The notes below the pieces were generated by a model, which did not search any database, was not told the DNA's origin, and saw nothing but the letters and a program-made list of their open reading frames with translations. Positions 57,917 to 64,000 of a DNA stretch of 64,000 bases are shown here, piece after piece (position 1 is the stretch's first letter; the number at the start of each line of letters is the position of its first letter). Both the position numbers and the translations under genes were made by a program. Source of the DNA: an uncultured Gemmatimonadales bacterium (GTDB lineage Bacteria > Gemmatimonadota > Gemmatimonadetes > Gemmatimonadales > Gemmatimonadaceae); the NCBI GenBank assembly GCA_963707505.1, contig CAVPQB010000002.1, forward strand, positions 1 to 64,000, read 5' to 3'.

Positions 57917-59536
57917 ACGGACGTACCAAGCTGCTCCTCGTATTGGCGGTAACGTCAATCGGCGCTTGCAGCAAGAAAAAGAATGACCAGGCAGCGGTCC
58001 CCACGGTTCAGATCGCACGTCGCGACATCATCGTCACGGCCCAGGCAACGGGAACCGTAGAGCCGGAAGATACGGTGCCTGTGAAGTCTCAGGCATCGGG
58101 CCTCGTAATGAAGATGCCGGTAGAAATCGGCCAGGTTGTCAAACCCGGCGATTTGCTGGTGCAGATCGACACGCGCACTCTGAACAACGATTATCAGCGC
58201 ACCAAATCTGCTGAAGCGGCTGCGGAGGCGAACGTCACGGTTACCAAGGCCGCGCTGCAGCGCGCGAATGATCTCTATGCCCAGAAGGTGATAACGGCCG
58301 ACGAGCACGAGACGGCAATCATCAATGCCGCCAACGCAACGTGCGCAGCTGGTCGCTGCGCAGGCCGCGCTCAGCACTGCACAACAGAACCTGGACTACG
58401 CCACGCTCCGGTCGCAGGTATCTGGTACGGTCATCAGCAAGACCGCCGCTGTCGGGACGGTCGTTTCATCGGCCACATCGAACGTTGGTGGTGGTAGCAC
58501 GATCCTCACCGTGGCCGATCTGCATCATGTTCGCATGCAGGCACTCGTCAACGAGACGGACGTCGGCAACGTTCACGAAGGCATGCCGGTCTCGGTCACG
58601 ATCGATGCGTTCCCCGGCCGCACGTTCGCCGGCACTGTGGAGAAGGTTCAGCCGCAGGCTGTCATCCAGAACAGCGTTACCATGTTCCCGGTTCTCGTCT
58701 CACTGCCAAACACGGACCTGGCGCTGCTCCCAGGCATGAACGGCGAAGTTTCCATCATAACGCAGCAGCGGCGTAATGTGATCGCGGTGCCGAACGACGC
58801 TGTGAGAAGCATGAAGGATGCAGTTGATATCGGCGCAGAGCTGAACATCAGTCAGGACACGATGGACGCCCTTGGCGTGCGCCGCGGTGGCGGGTTTGGT
58901 GGAGGAGGCGCTGGTGGCGCTCCTGGGGCTGGTGCCGCCGGTGGCGGAGGCGGTGCCCGTGCCGGCGGAGCTCGGGGTGGCCGCAGTGGCGGCGCTGGCG
59001 GCGGCGCTGGCGGCGCTGGCGGCGGTGGGTTCGGAGGCGGCATCACGGTGCCGGATTCCGTTTGCACTGGCGTAATGGCCAAGCTCAACAAGGTCAATGC
59101 GCGCGCCCTGCTCGATTCCATACGCACCCAGACACGTGCTGGCACGATTGATTCGACAACAGCCCGCAAGAAGACGGAAGCGATCTTCAAGAGTGCGAGC
59201 GTCGCGGCCGACACTGCGCGTGCATGCATGCGTGCAGCGTTCGCCGGCGGTGGCACGGGCGCCATTGGTGCACCCGTTGTAGCATTCGTGAAGACGCCGA
59301 CGGGATGGTCGCCGCGGATGGTACGACTCGGAGTCAGCGACTTCGATTACACCGAAGTCATCAGCGGACTGAAGGAAGGCGATGAGGTCGGGCTTCTCGC
59401 GACTATCGCTCTCCAGGCGTCGCGCGACAAGTCGAGCGCGCGCGCAAGATCGATGGTTGGTGGTGCATTGCCAGGTGGAAGCAGTACGACCCGGCCAGCC
59501 GCTGGTGGAGGCGGAGGAGGTGGACGTCCAAGATGA
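57913..59536 (+). CDS. Efflux periplasmic adaptor (MacA-like lipoprotein), +1 frameshift at ~58339
   Basis: Lipobox IGAC and VKSQASG...GQVVKPGDLLVQID. The next frame gives LRSQVSGTV, VNETDV, LLPGM and EVISGLKEGD. Confidence 0.9.
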
Positions 59537-60756
59537 TGCCTGTTGGAGAAACCCTATCGATCGCGATGACGGCGCTCCGAGCCAACAAAATGCGCTCGGT
59601 GCTCACGATGCTTGGCGTCGTTATCGGCGTCGGAGCTGTCATTGCGATGGTGGCGATCGGAAATGGAGCCCAGGAGGCCGTGAAGGCACGGATATCCGCG
59701 CTCGGAACAACTCTGATTTCGATCTCGCCGGGACAGATCTTTTCGCGCGGTCTGGCGTCGAGCACCGACCGCGCGAAGTTGACGATGGCGGATGCCGAAG
59801 CACTCCGGACGAATGCGAAGCTCATCACGCAGGTCGAGCCGGAAATGCAGAAGACAGCTCAGGTGCAGTATCTCAACAAGAACACCAGCACCGACATCTA
59901 CGGCACCACTCCGAATTATCCGCAGGTTCGCCTCTACACCGTCGCGTCCGGACGCATGTTCACGAACGCGGAGGACAAGGGCAGCCAACTGGTCGCGGTG
60001 CTCGGCGACGCCGTACTTCAGGACCTCGGTATCACGAATGGCGAGTCAGTCATTGGTGAGACCATTCGAATCCAGGGGATTCAGTTCAGGATCATCGGAA
60101 CGCTGGCGCCAAAGGGTCAGGGCACCGGATTCGGTAATCCCGATGACGAAGTCCTCATCCCCATCACGACGATGCGTTACCGCATCTATGGAAGGGATCA
60201 GCTACGTACGATCAATGTGCTCGCTCCGAACGACTCGCTGGTAACGGCGACGATGGCCGAGGCGCAGTCGATCCTCGCGCGCGCGCATCGACTCCGGCCG
60301 GGCGCGGAGAGCGACGTCAACATTCGAAGTCAGGCCGACTTCCTCAACACACTCGGGGAGACGACGGCGACCTTTACGTACCTGCTTGCCGGCATTGCAG
60401 CGGTCAGTCTGATCGTCGGCGGAATCGGTATAATGAACATCATGCTCGTGTCGGTGACTGAGCGCACACGTGAGATCGGTGTGCGGAAGGCGCTTGGCGC
60501 GACACGACTGAACATCCTGCTCCAGTTCCTGATCGAGGCCGTGGTGCTCTGCATGCTGGGGGGCATCGGCGGGATTCTGATTGGAGGTGGAGGGGCACTG
60601 GCGATGACGAAGATCGCCAACTGGAACGCATCTATCTCGGTGAGCGCAGTCCTCGTTGCATTCGCGTTCTCCGCCGTCGTGGGGATATTGTTCGGAGTGT
60701 GGCCTGCGCGCCGCGCAGCTTCACTGAACCCGATCGACGCACTGCGCTACGAGTAG
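59533..60756 (+). CDS. MacB-type ABC permease (no fused ATPase)
   Basis: RSVLTMLGVVIG, GGIGIMNIMLVSVTERTREIGVRKALGA and NPIDALRYE. Confidence 0.95.
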   Translation: MMPVGETLSIAMTALRANKMRSVLTMLGVVIGVGAVIAMVAIGNGAQEAVKARISALGTTLISISPGQIFSRGLASSTDRAKLTMADAEALRTNAKLITQVEPEMQKTAQVQYLNKNTSTDIYGTTPNYPQVRLYTVASGRMFTNAEDKGSQLVAVLGDAVLQDLGITNGESVIGETIRIQGIQFRIIGTLAPKGQGTGFGNPDDEVLIPITTMRYRIYGRDQLRTINVLAPNDSLVTATMAEAQSILARAHRLRPGAESDVNIRSQADFLNTLGETTATFTYLLAGIAAVSLIVGGIGIMNIMLVSVTERTREIGVRKALGATRLNILLQFLIEAVVLCMLGGIGGILIGGGGALAMTKIANWNASISVSAVLVAFAFSAVVGILFGVWPARRAASLNPIDALRYE

Positions 60757-60778
60757 CGCGCACGAGTTGTTCGAAGTG

Positions 60779-60811
60779 AAAGGGGGCTCTGCATCCGCAG
60801 AGCCCCCTTTT
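60779..60811. terminator. Bidirectional rho-independent terminator
   Basis: aaagggggctctgc / gcagagccccctttt between convergent genes. Confidence 0.9.
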
Positions 60812-60832
60812 GTCGTCATGGTGTAGCCAGCC

Positions 60833-61618
60833 CTATAGCGTGAAGCGCCATATCTCCTCGCCACTAGTCGGATCTGGAACCCGTCGCGCGGTCACCCGAA
60901 ACACCCGCTCGATGAGTTCGGTAGAGAGCTCGCGTGCATCGTCGGCTTCCTTTGCAAGACGGCCATTCTCCATCAGAAAGAATGCATCTCCGTAGTGGAA
61001 CGCGACGTTCATGTCGTGAAGAATCGCAACGACAGTGCATTCATGTGCTAGCAATTCACGCGCAACGTCCAGCAGATGGATCTGATAGTGAACGTCGAGG
61101 CTCGCGGTTGGTTCATCCAGAAAGAGATAGTTGTGAGGCGATGCGCCATCGTAGCTCCAAATCTGCGCGAGTACGCGCGCCAGCTGCACCTTCTGCTGCT
61201 CGCCGCCGGAAAGCGTCGGGTAGTGTTGCGCGCGACGCTCGAGCATTCCCACCATCTCGAGCGCGCGATCGACGATCTCGATGTCGTGAGCCCTCGGAGA
61301 GCGACCGTAATGCGGATACCGACCCATCAGAACCACATCCCGAACCGGCAGGGGAAAGGCGAGTTCGACGTGCTGCGACAGCACCGCGCGCCTCCGCGCC
61401 AGCTCGGTCGGTTCAAAATCGCGTACCGATTTTCCCTCGTACGTAACCTGGCCGGCCGAGGGACGCAACAGACCAGTCGCGATCTTGAGCAGTGATGACT
61501 TTCCGGCGCCGTTCGGTCCCAGAATTACGTTGAAGCGGCCACGACGGAAACGCGCAGTTACGTCGTCGAGAATCAGATTGCCGCCAGCACGATAGCTGGC
61601 TCCGACAACTTCAACCAT
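60833..61618 (-). CDS. hmuV: Heme/iron-chelate ABC ATPase, HmuV-like
   Basis: GPNGAGKS, LSGGEQQKVQLARVLAQIW, LFLDEPT and ILHDMN. Confidence 0.88.
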   Translation of the reverse strand: MVEVVGASYRAGGNLILDDVTARFRRGRFNVILGPNGAGKSSLLKIATGLLRPSAGQVTYEGKSVRDFEPTELARRRAVLSQHVELAFPLPVRDVVLMGRYPHYGRSPRAHDIEIVDRALEMVGMLERRAQHYPTLSGGEQQKVQLARVLAQIWSYDGASPHNYLFLDEPTASLDVHYQIHLLDVARELLAHECTVVAILHDMNVAFHYGDAFFLMENGRLAKEADDARELSTELIERVFRVTARRVPDPTSGEEIWRFTL

Positions 61619-62669
61619 AGAAGCTCGCCGCGCCGCGCCGTTGCTGCCGCAGCAGGATCCAGAGAAATACCGGCGCGCCCACAACTGCCGTTATGATTCC
61701 CACCGGCAGCTCCGCCGGTGGAATTATCATGCGCGCCACGACGTCGACTATCGACATCATCACCGCGCCCAGCAATGCGGACGCGGGAATCAGGAATGTG
61801 TAATCAGAAGACTTGAGCATTCTCAACACGTGTGGAATAACGAGTCCAACGAAAGCGATGACACCAACCATCGCAGTTGCAACGGCCACCATCACCGTGT
61901 TGACGATGATGAGCCGCAGGATGAGCTTCTCGGGTTCCGCACCGAGAAAGGCAGCCTCGTCCTCGCCCAGCATGAGAGCATTGAGCGACTTTCCGTGCCG
62001 AACGGCAACGGCAAAGCATCCAGCGAACGCCACAGCCACCATCACGACACCGCGCCAATCGGCTGTGGTGAAGGTGCCAAGGTTCCAGAAGGTGATATTG
62101 CGGGCCTGTGGATCGCGTGCGATGTACGAGAGAAAACCGGTCCCTGCTCCGCATACGGCATTCACTGCGATCCCGGCCAGCAGCAACGTGAAGACGTTGA
62201 CCTTCCCGAACGAAGTGGAAACACGGTACACCAGCATGGTCGCGGCGAACGCGCCGATAAATGCCATTACGGGAACCGCCAGCGATCCGAGCGGCCGCGC
62301 CAGCGCGCTCGTGGTTCCAAACACGAACACCAGTGATGCGCCGAGCGCCGCACCTGCGGAAGTACCTGCGAGTCCCGGCTCTACGATCGGGTTGCGGAAT
62401 ATTCCCTGCATCAACGTGCCAGACACGCCCAGCACGGCTCCGGTCAATGCGGCGAGGAACACGCGCGGCAATCTGAGCTGAAGAAACACGTTCCGGCTGA
62501 GCGTGTCGGATGGCGCCGTCGTGATCCATCCGAGCCCTTCGCCAATGTGTCGCACCATCTCCGACGGAGTGAACGTGAACGCGCCGATTCCCGCCGAGGC
62601 GATGAGCGACGCGAGCAGAACGACTCCGAGAATAGAGTATGTTCCAGAATAGGCCGAGCGGTTCAGCAT
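61611..62669 (-). CDS. hmuU: FecCD/HmuU-family ABC permease
   Basis: LRLPR, MQGIFRNP, LGEDEA, IAFVGLVIPH and ELPVGIITA. Confidence 0.9.
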   Translation of the reverse strand: MLNRSAYSGTYSILGVVLLASLIASAGIGAFTFTPSEMVRHIGEGLGWITTAPSDTLSRNVFLQLRLPRVFLAALTGAVLGVSGTLMQGIFRNPIVEPGLAGTSAGAALGASLVFVFGTTSALARPLGSLAVPVMAFIGAFAATMLVYRVSTSFGKVNVFTLLLAGIAVNAVCGAGTGFLSYIARDPQARNITFWNLGTFTTADWRGVVMVAVAFAGCFAVAVRHGKSLNALMLGEDEAAFLGAEPEKLILRLIIVNTVMVAVATAMVGVIAFVGLVIPHVLRMLKSSDYTFLIPASALLGAVMMSIVDVVARMIIPPAELPVGIITAVVGAPVFLWILLRQQRRGAASFYG

Positions 62670-62705
62670 TTCATGAATGGTAATCGGATTTGGATGACTT
62701 GTTGA

Positions 62706-63431
62706 ATGGAGAAATCAGCGTGTAGCAGTTGGATGACACTGGCGACAGTAATGATTGCATGTGGTCCGCATATCACTCTGCCGTCGGTCCCGATGCGTCT
62801 CGCCGATCAATCGGACTCGGCCGGTGTCGCACTCGCAACCGCACTGGCGCCGGTGCTCCACATACAGCGCGACGAGCCATTTGCGCTCGAGCGCGTGGTC
62901 GCGGTGCTTCATCCGACACGTCCCATCATCGCGTACCATCTGCTCTGGAGCCACGACATCAACGGACAGTGGGTGCCATGGTCCAAGGCGAGCGACGCGG
63001 AGGAAGTCTGGGTCGGTTATGATCGACGCACACGTCTCCCGACAGATCTCTGGACATACTGGCACGGCGACATACTGCACACACCGTGGTCGGCCAAGGG
63101 AATGCCACAAATTTCCGTGCAGTGGGGCAAGCACGGCAGCCTGCCCTACAACGTGATCGAGAGCGACCTGCCACGTTCTCGTACGCTCAATCTGTTCTAT
63201 GCCGCAGAGTTTTTGCTGCTACCCGATATCTGGCTCGGCAAGGCTAGCCATGGCGGTCCGGGGGGATTCTTTCACAGCTACGCCCGATACCGGGAGTTCT
63301 CTCGTATCGTCCCGCTGCAGGGCCGCCTGGATGCCGTAGTTACGACCGACGACCCCAGATCGATTCTACGATTGATCTTCGGGCCCCACCACGCAGACAA
63401 GCAGGCATGGCCGCGTGGGCACCCGCACTAA
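62706..63431 (+). CDS. Hypothetical lipoprotein-like protein
   Basis: 241-aa ORF with candidate lipobox MIAC. Trp/His-rich motifs (IAYHLLWSHD, DAEEVWV, TYWHG, WGKHGS). Confidence 0.6.
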   Translation: MEKSACSSWMTLATVMIACGPHITLPSVPMRLADQSDSAGVALATALAPVLHIQRDEPFALERVVAVLHPTRPIIAYHLLWSHDINGQWVPWSKASDAEEVWVGYDRRTRLPTDLWTYWHGDILHTPWSAKGMPQISVQWGKHGSLPYNVIESDLPRSRTLNLFYAAEFLLLPDIWLGKASHGGPGGFFHSYARYREFSRIVPLQGRLDAVVTTDDPRSILRLIFGPHHADKQAWPRGHPH

Positions 63432-63436
63432 CAAAG

Positions 63437-63457
63437 CATAAACAGTTCATAAACAGT
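63437..63457. promoter_or_regulatory. 11-bp-period direct repeat CATAAACAGT x2
   Basis: Exact 10-mers at 63437-63446 and 63448-63457, ~60 bp upstream of the next gene. Confidence 0.45.
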
Positions 63458-63519
63458 CCTAATGTAAGTCGGCCGCTGGCGTCGAATGTGCGGAAGTGCA
63501 AACGTCAACGAGCCGTTCT

Positions 63520-64000
63520 GTGACTACGATACCGACCCCTCGCCTGGCGCTCGCCAGCGCGACCTTACTCGCTTGTGCGATCGGTTGCAGCGACAAATAT
63601 GCCGATCCCAACCTGACGGCGCCGCCTGAGCCGCTCGCCGTCAGGATGATCAACACCAATCCGGGCCTTTCCGACGCCGCTGAAGTCGCCTTCATGCACG
63701 GCACCGCAGATTCGGTGCGCGCGCACTACGCGTCTTCTGACAGCAGCGACGTTGGAGTTACACCCTGGTCCCGTACTGACCAGGGAACACTCTCCCTGAT
63801 CGGTCTACGCGCGGGAACATCCTACAACGTGACGCTGGAAGCACGTCGCGGCGAAACTTCCGTGCTCGGGCCCGGCGCATCTTACACATCGCCTCCATTA
63901 CCGCAGGCACTCGCCGGCGTAAGCATGACGCTGGTGTCTGGCACGTCGCCAACGTCCGGCTACACGCTCACCGCCATCTCCGGCATCGCCGGTCACGGCT
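63520..64000 (+). CDS. Partial lipoprotein with FN3/Ig-like domain, possibly an arylsulfotransferase N-terminus
   Basis: Manual translation gives VTTIPTPRLALASATLLACAIGC-SDKY...LIGLRAGTSYNVTLEA...YTSPPLP...GYTL. The frame is open to the window end. Confidence 0.6.
   Translation, partial: MTTIPTPRLALASATLLACAIGCSDKYADPNLTAPPEPLAVRMINTNPGLSDAAEVAFMHGTADSVRAHYASSDSSDVGVTPWSRTDQGTLSLIGLRAGTSYNVTLEARRGETSVLGPGASYTSPPLPQALAGVSMTLVSGTSPTSGYTLTAISGIAGHG

Noticed and set aside
58880..59042. GGC-rich low-complexity tract
   Set aside because: Encodes the Gly-rich linker of the adaptor protein and is not a separate repeat element.
1..64000. Many long antisense or alternate-frame ORFs; tRNA, rRNA, CRISPR, IS and prophage genes
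   Set aside because: The shadow ORFs are expected in GC-rich DNA and lack motifs. No RNA gene, repeat-spacer array, transposase or phage gene was recognised by eye.

Overview
A GC-rich bacterial chromosomal window. Gene content and style suggest Gemmatimonadota, which is an inference only. The first ~9 kb is a plasticity region. It holds two minus-strand Rhs core/C-terminal toxin/immunity cassettes sharing a ~500-bp duplicated core, a truncated LURP-one remnant, and a phd/vapC toxin-antitoxin pair with a palindromic operator. The remainder carries: a DUF305-LVIVD pair; a MoxR-DUF58-BatA-DUF4175-like-DUF4159 operon; an orphan histidine kinase; an egtB-egtD-egtA ergothioneine cluster without egtC/egtE; a CheY-less cheA-cheW-MCP(GAF-GAF)-cheB-cheR operon behind a sigma28-like promoter, divergent from an HDOD gene; an SplB/Rv2578c-like radical SAM gene; ypdA-arfB; Ku and a ligase-only LigD; a prolyl oligopeptidase; cfa; TolC-MFP-MacB; and hmuUV-like genes. 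About ten genes are broken by short indels, nearly all +1, which looks like long-read consensus error rather than true decay. No rRNA, tRNA, CRISPR array, integrase or transposase was recognised. All family calls come from motif recognition by eye, not from database searches.
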